In this document: positions 51,567-60,841 of the stretch, one piece after another
Position numbering within the stretch: position 1 is the first letter of the stretch
Layout of the letters: each line of letters opens with the position of its first letter
Origin: Alkalispirochaeta sp.
Lineage (GTDB): Bacteria; Spirochaetota; Spirochaetia; DSM-27196; Alkalispirochaetaceae
Reading direction: 5' to 3'
Length of the DNA stretch: 64,000 bases
Assembly (NCBI GenBank): GCA_965601925.1
Contig: OZ271854.1
Coordinates: forward strand, 3,872,001-3,936,000
The notes under the pieces: model-generated
What the model was told of the DNA's origin: nothing
Seen by the model: only the letters and a program-made list of their open reading frames with translations
Database searches by the model: none
Made by a program: the position numbers and the translations under genes

Positions 51567-52070
51567 ATGTTTGCACACCCTTGCGGGCAAACGGAGTTGG
51601 AGCGGCTTCTGACCGGCGACGATCGAGTTCTCGAGCATCTGGATTGTCGCGGTAAACGCCTCTCGAACCTCGACTTCAGCGGGCGCCATCTCAGATGGGT
51701 ACGTATGACCGACGCCCGCATCGAGAACTGCTCGTTTCAACGTGCAACGCTCGATTGTTGTTTTGCAGATTTTGCCGCCTTCGACCGGTGCGTATTCGAC
51801 GAGGCGACCATCTTCGTCTCCGTCTTCGCCGGCAGTCGTCTTCGCGAGAGTCGCTTTGTCGGAGCAACCGCCGATCAATGCAATTTCAACGCGATAGACG
51901 CCCGAGACATAGACTTCAGCGATGCCTCGTTAAAGCGTAGTCGATTCATCAACTCGCGTCTCACCGCCGTGACGTTTGCCAATTGCGATCTCAAGGACGC
52001 TTTTTTTCAGTTCAGTTTACGGAAAGACGTTGCGTTCAAGTATTCAAACGATGACGAGGCCTTTTTTTGA
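51567..52070 (+). CDS. Pentapeptide-repeat protein
   Basis: Regular A(D/N)(L/F)xx-type repeats (LDFSG, ARIEN, CSFQR, IDFSD, ASLKR, CDLKD); start 51564 or 51567. Confidence 0.85.
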   Translation: MFAHPCGQTELERLLTGDDRVLEHLDCRGKRLSNLDFSGRHLRWVRMTDARIENCSFQRATLDCCFADFAAFDRCVFDEATIFVSVFAGSRLRESRFVGATADQCNFNAIDARDIDFSDASLKRSRFINSRLTAVTFANCDLKDAFFQFSLRKDVAFKYSNDDEAFF

Positions 52071-52642
52071 ACGATCTGCTAACGATTCCCTACATGTCCG
52101 GCGGCAGCGAAACCGTTTCCTATATCGTGGCGCGCGGGGGAGCGCGTGAAGCGATTTTGATCGATCCGGTACGGTTCGATCGTGGATTGTATAGTGTCTT
52201 ACGGGATAACGATCTGGAGATCTCCGGAGTATTGGTAACCCACCCGGAAGACTATGTCGGGCACACCTTGCGGACACTCGGCAAAGTATTCGATTTCGAG
52301 CTCGTGTCGGGTTCGCGAGAGCTTCGGACCAAGCGGTATCGGTGTCTGCGCGGTGCCGATACGTTTCTCCTGTCCGGTTTCGAGATCTCGGCGATCCCCG
52401 CGCTCTCCCAGTCCCGCACATCGTTCATGTATCGTCTCGGGAGTTTCGTGTTCAGCGGCGCAATCGTTCACGCCGGAACGCTGGGCGACACATCCAACAC
52501 GTACGCCGAGGCGCTGTTGGTTGCGTTGGTCAAGGATTATCTGTTTACCCTCGATGACGATACGATACTGCTTCCGTCCGTCGGCCCACCGTCCACCATC
52601 CGGGTGGAACGCGAGCTCAGCCCGTTCTATCGCGAGGAGTGA
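52067..52642 (+). CDS. MBL-fold (glyoxalase II-like) protein with degenerate active site
   Basis: AILIDP, VLVTH, VFSG, LLP..GPPSTI..E scaffold; metal ligands replaced. Confidence 0.75.
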   Translation: MNDLLTIPYMSGGSETVSYIVARGGAREAILIDPVRFDRGLYSVLRDNDLEISGVLVTHPEDYVGHTLRTLGKVFDFELVSGSRELRTKRYRCLRGADTFLLSGFEISAIPALSQSRTSFMYRLGSFVFSGAIVHAGTLGDTSNTYAEALLVALVKDYLFTLDDDTILLPSVGPPSTIRVERELSPFYREE

Positions 52643-53592
52643 TGCGCCAACGCTCGGAGCGTCGTCTTGAAACGCATCGCCACCTCGGCGTGAAAGCGCC
52701 GAGGCGGGCAATCGACGCACGGACTTAGACTGAGATTAAGGGCGTGAAGCATAAGCGTTGCATCGGGAAAACGGTGGTCGGATCGAGCGTAGATAGGATC
52801 GCCGAGTATCGGGTGGCCGATGTATTGCATATGGACCCGCAGTTGATGGGTACGACCCGTTTGCGGCTTGAGGAGTACCAAACTATAGCCGTCATACGCC
52901 GAGAGGACGCGATATTCGGTGATCGCGTTGCGCGCCCCCACGAGCGGACGATCGGAGTACGACCGACGCACCGAAAATTTGATACGACTGAGCGGATCGC
53001 GGCCCACCGGTTGATCGATGACGCCGCTGTGCTGCGTCGGTGTTCCTTTAATGATCGCCAGATACTCCTTGTGTACGCGCCTGCCTGAGAATTGGGCCAC
53101 CAAATGGGCGTGCGTTATCGCGTTTTTGGCGACGATCATAACGCCGCTGGTATCTTTGTCGAGGCGGTGCACGATGCCGGGACGCATCGCGTCCCCCCCG
53201 TTTGGATCATCGGGACGGAAGTAGCCGCTCTCGCCGTAGCGCCAGACCAGGGCATGGATCAAAGTGCCCGAGCGGTGTCCCGCGCCGGGGTGTACGACCA
53301 TGCCTTGCGGTTTATCGATTACGACGTATTCGTTCTCCTCGGCAATGACGTTGAGTGCGATCTCCTCGCCGTCCACGTGTGTCGGCGGCGTCTCCTCCAG
53401 CACGGCTTGAATCCGGTCGCCCGTCTTCACGCGTGTCGAGAGTTTTGCCGACTTGCCGTTGCAAAGAATACTCCGCAGGCGGCGGCGAAGTTGGCTGCGA
53501 TGTATCTCGGGAAAAAGATCGGCGAGATAGCGATCCAGTCGCGTCGATTTCTCCGGTATCTCTCGAACCCGGAACTCGATTTCGCGATCCAC
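52627..53592 (-). CDS. rluD: RluA/RluD family pseudouridine synthase with S4 domain
   Basis: RLDRYL, KPQGMVVHP, GIVHRLDKDTSG, TGRTHQLRVH; start uncertain (GTG 53592). Confidence 0.9.
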   Translation of the reverse strand: MDREIEFRVREIPEKSTRLDRYLADLFPEIHRSQLRRRLRSILCNGKSAKLSTRVKTGDRIQAVLEETPPTHVDGEEIALNVIAEENEYVVIDKPQGMVVHPGAGHRSGTLIHALVWRYGESGYFRPDDPNGGDAMRPGIVHRLDKDTSGVMIVAKNAITHAHLVAQFSGRRVHKEYLAIIKGTPTQHSGVIDQPVGRDPLSRIKFSVRRSYSDRPLVGARNAITEYRVLSAYDGYSLVLLKPQTGRTHQLRVHMQYIGHPILGDPIYARSDHRFPDATLMLHALNLSLSPCVDCPPRRFHAEVAMRFKTTLRALAHHSSR

Positions 53593-53596
53593 GGCG

Positions 53597-54034
53597 TCAA
53601 TTCTGATCCCTGGCACGGCGCTCTCGCCGACCGAGAAGGTAGTCCGCGACGGCCACTCCGACGCTGATGACGACACCCGAGACGACGAGACCCACGCGTT
53701 CCTGATTGTTGTATACCGGACCGCCCTCGGGCGAAAAAAACCACGGTGCGGAGTCGGCGTCGGCCTCTCCGGCTCTGATGCTTCGGTAGGTGAAGCGTCC
53801 CACTTGGTAGCCCAAGCCGCTGACGATCATCGCGATGGGAAAGACACCCAGGGCGATGATCTCGCCGCGTCTCAGGTCGCGACTCCATTGGGGGAACTCG
53901 TCCGGAGAATAGGGTACCGGATCGTCGATGCCCGGAATGGTCCCCTCGCCGTCGCTCTCTTGGGCCGGCAAAACGGCCGACACGGTTACAAGCAGCACCG
54001 TCGCGACGATCCGCGCGAGTGTCTTCAGCTTCAC
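53597..54034 (-). CDS. Hypothetical membrane protein
   Basis: Signal peptide, PY..DEFPQW..DLRR.EII..G.FP, two TM segments; GTGA overlap with yggS. Confidence 0.75.
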   Translation of the reverse strand: MKLKTLARIVATVLLVTVSAVLPAQESDGEGTIPGIDDPVPYSPDEFPQWSRDLRRGEIIALGVFPIAMIVSGLGYQVGRFTYRSIRAGEADADSAPWFFSPEGGPVYNNQERVGLVVSGVVISVGVAVADYLLGRRERRARDQN

Positions 54035-54723
54035 GTCGTGCGTTCTCCGAAGAGTGCGGTGCCGACGCGAACCGTCGTAGCGCCTTCGAGAATCGCCTCT
54101 TCCAGATCGTTGCTCATTCCCATGGAGAGTTCCGGAAGATCCTTCGCCGGTAACTGCGTTGCGAGGCGGTCGCGATAGTCCCTGAGCATGGCAAAGGCGC
54201 GCCGCAGTATCCGCTCATCTCTACTGATCGGACCGATGGTCATGAGTCCCCGTAGCTCCAATCGCGGTGCATCGACGATCGCTGCGGCCACGTCGACCAG
54301 TTCCTCATAGGTGCGGACGCCGTGTTTTTGCTCCTCTCCGGACGTGTTGACCTCCACGAGGACCGACATACTCCGATCCACCTCCGCGAGGCGAGCATCC
54401 AGCGCCGCCACGGTACGCTCGGCGTCGATCGAGTCGACGGCGTGGTAGAGGGAGGCGGCCTCACGCGCTTTGTTGCGCTGAAGGTGGCCGACGAGGTGAA
54501 TCTCCGCATCGTCGGGGAAGAGAGACGTTTTGTCGCGCGTCTCCTGGACGCGACTCTCGCCGAACAGGCGTAGTCCCAAGGCGAGCGCCTCCGAAACGCG
54601 CGTATCGCTCTGGCGCTTGCTGACGGCCATGAGACGCACCGTCTCCTCGCGGCGCCCCGCCTTTGCGCACGCCGTCGCGATTCGTTCGTTGATCCGAGTC
54701 AAGTTTTCTGCGACCGAGGACAT
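54031..54723 (-). CDS. yggS: PLP homeostasis protein YggS/PLPBP
   Basis: AVSK, FGESRVQE, HLVGHLQRNK, GLMT, LSMGMSND, VRVGTALFG. Confidence 0.95.
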   Translation of the reverse strand: MSSVAENLTRINERIATACAKAGRREETVRLMAVSKRQSDTRVSEALALGLRLFGESRVQETRDKTSLFPDDAEIHLVGHLQRNKAREAASLYHAVDSIDAERTVAALDARLAEVDRSMSVLVEVNTSGEEQKHGVRTYEELVDVAAAIVDAPRLELRGLMTIGPISRDERILRRAFAMLRDYRDRLATQLPAKDLPELSMGMSNDLEEAILEGATTVRVGTALFGERTT

Positions 54724-54780
54724 CGGCCCATACTACCATCGCCGCGTCGTGTTGACGAGAGCCCCGCACACCGATAGATT
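54724..54780. promoter_or_regulatory. Divergent yggS and pdxS promoters
   Basis: Plus: TTGACG-N17-TAGATT. Minus: TG-G-TAGTAT-N6-ATG. Confidence 0.65.
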
Positions 54781-54813
54781 TTTCGTATTCGCTGTTGAAA
54801 GTAGGATGTATCG

Positions 54814-55719
54814 ATGAACGAGACTCTATGGTCGAAACGCCAGACCTCAACGTGGCGCACAAAAGTCGGACTGGCTGAGATGCTCAAAGGTGGCGTCATC
54901 ATGGACGTCACGACGGCCGAGCAGGCGAAAATCGCCGCCGATGCCGGGGCTCAAGCGGTTATGGCGCTGGAGCGCGTGCCGGCCGATATTCGCGCCCACG
55001 GCGGCGTCGCCCGGATGAGCGATCCGGCCATGATTGAAGAGATACAGAAGGCGGTAACCATTCCCGTTATGGCCAAGTGTCGTATCGGGCACATCACCGA
55101 GGCGCGCATTTTGGAGGCGATGGGCGTGGACTTCATCGATGAGAGTGAGGTGCTGACGCCCGCGGACGATCGCTTTCACGTGGACAAGCACGGATACAAG
55201 GTTCCGTTCGTGTGCGGGTGCCGCAATCTCGGCGAGGCCCTTCGGCGTATCGGCGAGGGAGCCGCTCTTATTCGTACCAAGGGAGAGGCGGGTACCGGCG
55301 ACATCGTGGAGGCGGTACGACACCTTCGGACATTGCACGAGGACATGCGCTCCCTGCGGAATCTCCCGTCGGAGGAGCTCATGACCCGCGCGAAGGAGCT
55401 CGGCGCTCCCTACGACCTCGTGGCTGAGATTGCCGGCACCGGAACGCTTCCTGTTCCCAACTTCTCCGCCGGCGGCGTTGCAACGCCCGCCGACGCTGCG
55501 CTCATGATACAACTCGGCGCCGAAGCGGTGTTCGTCGGCTCCGGCGTCTTCAAATCCGACGACCCGGCCCGACGCGCCCGGGCGATCGTCGACGCGGTCG
55601 CCTACCACGACGATCCCGACAAACTGATCGAAATTTCGCGCGGTATCGGCGAACCGATGACCGGGATCAACGTATCGGCAATGCCGGACGCGGAGCGAAT
55701 CGCCGGACGCGGCTGGTAG
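54814..55719 (+). CDS. pdxS: PLP synthase lyase subunit
   Basis: [44 protein letters not shown]-terminus. Confidence 0.98.
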   Translation: MNETLWSKRQTSTWRTKVGLAEMLKGGVIMDVTTAEQAKIAADAGAQAVMALERVPADIRAHGGVARMSDPAMIEEIQKAVTIPVMAKCRIGHITEARILEAMGVDFIDESEVLTPADDRFHVDKHGYKVPFVCGCRNLGEALRRIGEGAALIRTKGEAGTGDIVEAVRHLRTLHEDMRSLRNLPSEELMTRAKELGAPYDLVAEIAGTGTLPVPNFSAGGVATPADAALMIQLGAEAVFVGSGVFKSDDPARRARAIVDAVAYHDDPDKLIEISRGIGEPMTGINVSAMPDAERIAGRGW

Positions 55720-55740
55720 CGGCGCGCTGCGATAGGACAC

Positions 55741-55763
55741 GGCGGCCGCGGGCCGCCTTTTTT
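55741..55763 (+). terminator. Intrinsic terminator between pdxS and pdxT
   Basis: GGCGGCC-GCG-GGCCGCC-TTTTTT. Confidence 0.75.
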
Positions 55764-55777
55764 GTAGGTAGGACACA

Positions 55778-56383
55778 GTGGCAACGATTGGAGTAGTCGC
55801 GTTTCAGGGGGATTTCCAGAAGCATCTCGACGTCCTCGTCGCGATGGGGCATACGGCGAGAGCGGTGCGCCGTCCCGAGGAGCTTGCGGATATCGACGGA
55901 CTCATCATCCCGGGGGGCGAGAGCACGACGATCGGTATGCTCATGGAGCGGTTCGGTCTTATCGGGGCGATCACGGCCGAGGTCGACCGTCGCGGCCTCG
56001 CGATTATGGGCACGTGCGCCGGAGCCATCTTGCTCGCCCAGGAGATCGTCGAAAGTCGTCAAGCGCGGTTGGGGCTCATGCATATCGCGGTGGAGCGCAA
56101 CGCGTATGGACGGCAGATCGATAGTTTCGAGGCCGAGATGGAGGTGCGGAACATCGGAAACGGGCGCATCACGGGGGTCTTCATCCGCGCACCCAAGATC
56201 GTGAGGGTCGGTCCCGAGGTCGAGGTCTTATCGCGATTCGAGGACGACGCGGTGGTCGTCAGAGAGGGACGCTTTCTCGCCCTCACCTTTCATCCGGAGC
56301 TTACCGATGATACGCGGATTCACGCGCTCTTTTTAGATATGGTTGCGGAGGGCAATCCTCACACGGTGCGCTCGATATTATAG
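55778..56383 (+). CDS. pdxT: PLP synthase glutaminase subunit
   Basis: QGDF, PGGEST, GTCAG, RNAYGRQ, FIRAP, FHPEL. Confidence 0.97.
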   Translation: MATIGVVAFQGDFQKHLDVLVAMGHTARAVRRPEELADIDGLIIPGGESTTIGMLMERFGLIGAITAEVDRRGLAIMGTCAGAILLAQEIVESRQARLGLMHIAVERNAYGRQIDSFEAEMEVRNIGNGRITGVFIRAPKIVRVGPEVEVLSRFEDDAVVVREGRFLALTFHPELTDDTRIHALFLDMVAEGNPHTVRSIL

Positions 56384-57411
56384 TCGACGAACGCCTTGAG
56401 AACGGCGCGACCCACATCACCGATCGCCAGCTCCGCGATCACCGCCGAAGCGGCGCGTTCGTCCTCGTCGATGATCGATTTCACCTCCTCGAGAACGCCG
56501 CGATCGACGATGGCACGCCGGACTTCATCGATCGCCGCTCCATCGATGCGCGAAGAGCCGAAGTGGCGGCGTACCGGATCGGCGTCCTCGGTGCGTTCAA
56601 AAAGCAGTGAGCGAAAGAGCGTCTTCTTGTCCTCTCTGATATCGCTCCCGACCGGTTTGCCCGTATCCTCACTCTCTCCGAATATACCGAGATAATCGTC
56701 CCTGATTTGAAAGATACGTCCGACGTGCTCGCCGAATCGGGCGAGGAGTCGTTGCCGCTCCTCCGATACGCCCGCGAGGATCGCTCCGATCATCAATGGG
56801 AGACTGAAGGTGTATCGCCCGGTTTTGTAGGTGTAAACATCGAGAATAGCCTGCCGCGGTACCTCTTCACGGTACCCGTGATGCACATCCTGCATTTGTG
56901 CCAACCCGACTACGGCTATCTCACGGGAGACCAGCGAGAGAATCGCCGCGCGGCGCGCGTCGTCGGTATCGAGGGCGGCAAGGCGTTCCATGGCCAAAAA
57001 GGCCGCCACGTCGCCCGCGCATATTCCCATCGACAGGCCGTACTGTTCGGCACGCTCGGGCGGGCCGACAAGCAACGATTCGTACTGACTGTGAACCGCC
57101 GGACGGCCTCGGCGTATCGCGTCCTGGTCCATGATATCGTCGTGGACGAGCAGAAATGACTGGATCAGCTCCATCGCCACACCCGCCTCGACGCAGGCCG
57201 ACGGGACCGGTAAATCGGGACGAAACATGGAGAATCCGACGCGTACCAGGGCGCCCCGAATGAGCTTCCCCCCTTGCGTGTACTCCGCGAGACGTCGTTG
57301 TACGTCGGACCCCCACGGCGATAGGTGTAGGATCCCGGCGGCCTCGTCGCGAAAGTACCGTTCGAGGCGATTACGAAGATTCGTACGCGCTTGTTCAATC
57401 ATAGGATGCAT
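56359..57411 (-). CDS. crtE: Polyprenyl (probably GGPP) synthase
   Basis: GGKLIRG, VHDDIMDQD..RRG, KTGRY, FQIRDD, GKP.GSDIRE; next to phytoene synthase. Confidence 0.8.
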   Translation of the reverse strand: MHPMIEQARTNLRNRLERYFRDEAAGILHLSPWGSDVQRRLAEYTQGGKLIRGALVRVGFSMFRPDLPVPSACVEAGVAMELIQSFLLVHDDIMDQDAIRRGRPAVHSQYESLLVGPPERAEQYGLSMGICAGDVAAFLAMERLAALDTDDARRAAILSLVSREIAVVGLAQMQDVHHGYREEVPRQAILDVYTYKTGRYTFSLPLMIGAILAGVSEERQRLLARFGEHVGRIFQIRDDYLGIFGESEDTGKPVGSDIREDKKTLFRSLLFERTEDADPVRRHFGSSRIDGAAIDEVRRAIVDRGVLEEVKSIIDEDERAASAVIAELAIGDVGRAVLKAFVDYNIERTV

Positions 57412-57444
57412 CAGTGGTGTACTCCTGGTGGTGTGCTATCGCTA

Positions 57445-58266
57445 TCAACAATGGAAAGCGTTAAACAACCCGGTGAAGACGATGCGGGCGCGATTCGGCT
57501 TCACCTTGCGGTCGAACACGATGAAAGGATTCTGGGCGATCATGTGGCCCGTCCATTTATACATGTCCCCTGCGGTCTTGATCGCGATGCGGTAGCGTTT
57601 GGGGATCAGGTGATAGCCCGCCTCAGCCTCGGCCTGCCATTCGACGTACCGTTCAAGCTGTGCGTTGATGAAGGACCTGAACTCCTTCGGATACTTGCGT
57701 GCCACCGCCTCATTCAGGGAATCCAGCGAAGTCTCCGAGATCGGAAGGTATGTACGCCCCAGCGTGTTGTCTTCGGCGATATCGCGAATGAAGTTGATGT
57801 ATTGCATCGCCCGTCCGAGGAGGCGCGCGGAATGCATCGCGTTTTCGTCGAGGCCCATGATACGCGCCATGAAGAGGCCGATAACCTCCGCCGATCCGTA
57901 TATGTACTCAAGGGACTCCTTGAGCGTCGCGTGAACGGAGACGTCCAGATCCATGGCCATGGAGGCGAGAAACGCCTCGGTCCACCCCGTTTCGAAGTTC
58001 CTGCGCTCAGCCAGGGCGACGTATCCGTCTATGATCGGGTCCCCACTCGGCGAACCGGCCGTAGCGCGACGATACCGCGCGACGAAGTCGTGAAACCCGT
58101 CCCGATCCTGGGGAATACTATCGACGAGATTGTCCGCCGTTCTGACGAATCCGTAGAGCAGAAAAACGTCGCGTCTCACGGGCTCCGGAAAGAAGCGCGT
58201 CGAGTTAAAGTACGTCTTGCTGCCGTGTTTGAACGTTTCATAATGGACTTCGCCAAGGTGCGTCAT
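57445..58266 (-). CDS. crtB: Phytoene synthase
   Basis: SKTY, YGFVR.ADNLVD, M.MD, YIYGSAEVIG, AMQYINFIRDIAED..GRTYLP; GAAAGGAAGG SD. Confidence 0.85.
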   Translation of the reverse strand: MTHLGEVHYETFKHGSKTYFNSTRFFPEPVRRDVFLLYGFVRTADNLVDSIPQDRDGFHDFVARYRRATAGSPSGDPIIDGYVALAERRNFETGWTEAFLASMAMDLDVSVHATLKESLEYIYGSAEVIGLFMARIMGLDENAMHSARLLGRAMQYINFIRDIAEDNTLGRTYLPISETSLDSLNEAVARKYPKEFRSFINAQLERYVEWQAEAEAGYHLIPKRYRIAIKTAGDMYKWTGHMIAQNPFIVFDRKVKPNRARIVFTGLFNAFHC

Positions 58267-58558
58267 AACCTTCCTTTCGGTAGTTAAGATACTGTTTATT
58301 GTCGACGGAAACAAAGTGTGCTTTGTCCGCGCTATTGAATGCGTTTGGTTCGTCGGTGCGCAAAAATGGGATCGAAAACCGGACTCGGTTCAATGTTTGT
58401 GTCATTTTCTTTAAAAAAATGATTGGTTTTCTGTTTGATGAGGCGAATTTGCACCTATTCTCGTCTTTTTTTGTGCTTGTTGAGTTCGTTTCGGGTTGAC
58501 TTTGTCGTTGAAAGCTGAAAAATTGTACCGATACTGACCGGACGAGGAGAAAAAGATC
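58267..58558. promoter_or_regulatory. AT-rich divergent control region between crtB and ilvB
   Basis: Minus TTGTTT-N17-TATCTT (58286-58314); plus TTGAAA-N16-GATACT (58508-58535); three palindromes. Confidence 0.6.
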
Positions 58559-60268
58559 ATGCATACCAAGACCGGAGCGGAAGTCATCGTCGATATGATT
58601 CACCATCACGGTGTAGAATATATATTCGGATATCCGGGAGGAGCCGCGATTCCCATTTTTGATGCCATCGTCGACTCCCCGGTCCAGTTTGTCCTAACGC
58701 GTCACGAACAGGGCGCCACGCACATGGCCGACGGCTACGCACGGGCGACGGGAAAACCGGCGGTCGTCCTCGTGACATCCGGTCCGGGCGCGACCAATAC
58801 GATTACCGGAATCCTCACCGCCCACATGGACTCTGTGCCGATGATCATCGTCACCGGCCAGCAGACGACATGGAATCTCGGTATGGACGCCTTTCAGGAG
58901 GCCGACGTCTCGGGCATCTCTTACCCCGTCGTGAAGCACTCCTATCTCGTGAAGGACGCCAAGGATCTCCCGTGGATCATGAAAGAGGCGTTCTACATCT
59001 GTCAGACCGGTCGTCCCGGTCCGGTTCTGATCGACGTTCCGAAGGATGTATCGAGCGCCACGATCGAGACCGACTACACCGAGACGTTCGATCTTCCGGG
59101 ATACTTCGTTCCGGGTGAGGCGGATCCCTCTTTAATCGAGAAGGCGGCACGCATGGTGGGCCGCGCACGCCGGCCGGTGCTCCTCGTGGGGCACGGAGCG
59201 GTGATCTCCGGGGCCGAGAAGGCAATCATGTATTTGGCGGAAAAAATGCAGATTCCCGTCGTGAACACGTTGCTCGGCAAAGGCGGATTCCCCGAGACCC
59301 ATCCCCTCTCACTGGGTATGCTCGGTATGCACGGCACCGCGTATGCGAACAAAGCGGTGGAACATTGCGATTTGATCATGTCGATCGGGTCGAGGTGGGA
59401 CGATCGCATCGTCGGTGACCCCGGGCGCTTTTGTAAAGCAGCGGAGAAGATCCACGTCGATATCGACGCGGCGGAGTTCGAGAAGGTGTTGCCGATGGAC
59501 GTTAACATTCAGGGTGATGCGGCGCTCGTGGTCGATCAGATCACCGCGATGGCCGAACCGGGCGACACCGCCGACTGGTTGACGCGAATCGAGGTGTGGC
59601 GCCGGGAGTTTCCCCTCAAGTACAAAAAGAGCGGTAAGCTCAAGGCGGAACACGTCCTCGACGAGATCTATCGCCAGAGCGAGGGGAACGCCTACGTCGC
59701 GACCGATGTGGGGCAGCACCAAATGTGGGCCGCACAGTATTATCTGATCGATCATCGGTTTCAGTGGATTACCAGCGGCGGCGCGGGCACGATGGGATTC
59801 GGGCTCCCCGCAGCTATCGGAGCGCAATTCGCCCATCGCGATTCGACGGTCGTTGCGATCGTCGGTGACGGCGGGTTCCAGATGACGATGTGCGAGCTGG
59901 CTACGGCGGTGATTAACAAACTTCCGATCAAGATCGTCATCATCAACAACGCCTACCTCGGTATGGTGCGTCAGTGGCAGGAGCTCTTCTTCGAGAATCG
60001 CCTCTCCGGGGTCGACATGGAGGGCAACCCGAACTTCGTGAAGCTTGCCGAGAGTTTCGGCGTCAAGGGGTTCCGTCTCAAGCGCAGTGCAGACGTGAAG
60101 CGGGTGATCGCCTCCGCCCTCGCCTACAACGACGGGCCGTGTCTCATCGATGTGGAAGTCGCGAAGGAAGACAACGTCTATCCGATGATTCCGGCGGGGC
60201 GCAGCTACTCCGATATGCTCGTCGAACCTCCCAAGCAAAAACTCGAAAAACCGGTGGGGAGCACGTAA
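58559..60268 (+). CDS. ilvB: Acetolactate synthase large subunit
   Basis: [38 protein letters not shown]. Confidence 0.97.
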   Translation: MHTKTGAEVIVDMIHHHGVEYIFGYPGGAAIPIFDAIVDSPVQFVLTRHEQGATHMADGYARATGKPAVVLVTSGPGATNTITGILTAHMDSVPMIIVTGQQTTWNLGMDAFQEADVSGISYPVVKHSYLVKDAKDLPWIMKEAFYICQTGRPGPVLIDVPKDVSSATIETDYTETFDLPGYFVPGEADPSLIEKAARMVGRARRPVLLVGHGAVISGAEKAIMYLAEKMQIPVVNTLLGKGGFPETHPLSLGMLGMHGTAYANKAVEHCDLIMSIGSRWDDRIVGDPGRFCKAAEKIHVDIDAAEFEKVLPMDVNIQGDAALVVDQITAMAEPGDTADWLTRIEVWRREFPLKYKKSGKLKAEHVLDEIYRQSEGNAYVATDVGQHQMWAAQYYLIDHRFQWITSGGAGTMGFGLPAAIGAQFAHRDSTVVAIVGDGGFQMTMCELATAVINKLPIKIVIINNAYLGMVRQWQELFFENRLSGVDMEGNPNFVKLAESFGVKGFRLKRSADVKRVIASALAYNDGPCLIDVEVAKEDNVYPMIPAGRSYSDMLVEPPKQKLEKPVGST

Positions 60269-60804
60269 TGCAAAACATGAGTATGGCGCAGGTAGCGCCG
60301 ATGCAGACGGGATACCGAAAGCATACGATCAGCCTGAAAGTGGCGAACAGACCGGGTGTGCTTATTCGCATCAGCCTCGTTTTTGCCCGTCGCGGGTACA
60401 ACATCGACAGTTTGGTCGTCTCCCCGTCCAACGATCCCGCTTTCTCGATGATGAACATCGTCGCCTCGGGAGACGAGAAGACGTTGGATCAAATCCTCAA
60501 GCAACTCAATAAGCTTATCGACGTCGTGCACGCGACGGACCGTACCGGCGAGGACATCGTCCAACGCGAGTTGGCCCTGGTCAAACTTGAGTGCTCGCAG
60601 GAGGAGCGCAGCGAGCTTCTGCAGCTCGCCCACGCGCTCAAGTGCGAAACGGTCGACCTCGACGGCGGCACACTGACCGTGCAAGTCACCGGCTCGAGTG
60701 AGAAGCTCGATAGCGCTATCGAGGTCTTTGCATCCTACCGGGTGCTGGAGCTCGTCAGAACGGGGAAGGTGCTTATGGCACGGGGCGATCAACGGACTGC
60801 GTGA
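60268..60804 (+). CDS. ilvN: Acetolactate synthase small (ACT) subunit
   Basis: [40 protein letters not shown] overlap. Confidence 0.95.
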   Translation: MQNMSMAQVAPMQTGYRKHTISLKVANRPGVLIRISLVFARRGYNIDSLVVSPSNDPAFSMMNIVASGDEKTLDQILKQLNKLIDVVHATDRTGEDIVQRELALVKLECSQEERSELLQLAHALKCETVDLDGGTLTVQVTGSSEKLDSAIEVFASYRVLELVRTGKVLMARGDQRTA

Positions 60805-60841
60805 CCGCATTCGATCTTTCGATACATCCATGGAGAGAGGC

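Noticed and set aside
54724..54813. Switch in coding-strand bias as a replication origin or terminus
   Set aside because: No DnaA-box cluster, dif-like site or origin-linked genes seen; ordinary divergent promoter
58419..58499. 26-aa uORF MIGFLFDEANLHLFSSFFVLVEFVSG as an ilv leader peptide
   Set aside because: No SD and no terminator/antiterminator follows. It lies upstream of the best ilvB promoter candidate, and its composition is explained by T-richness.
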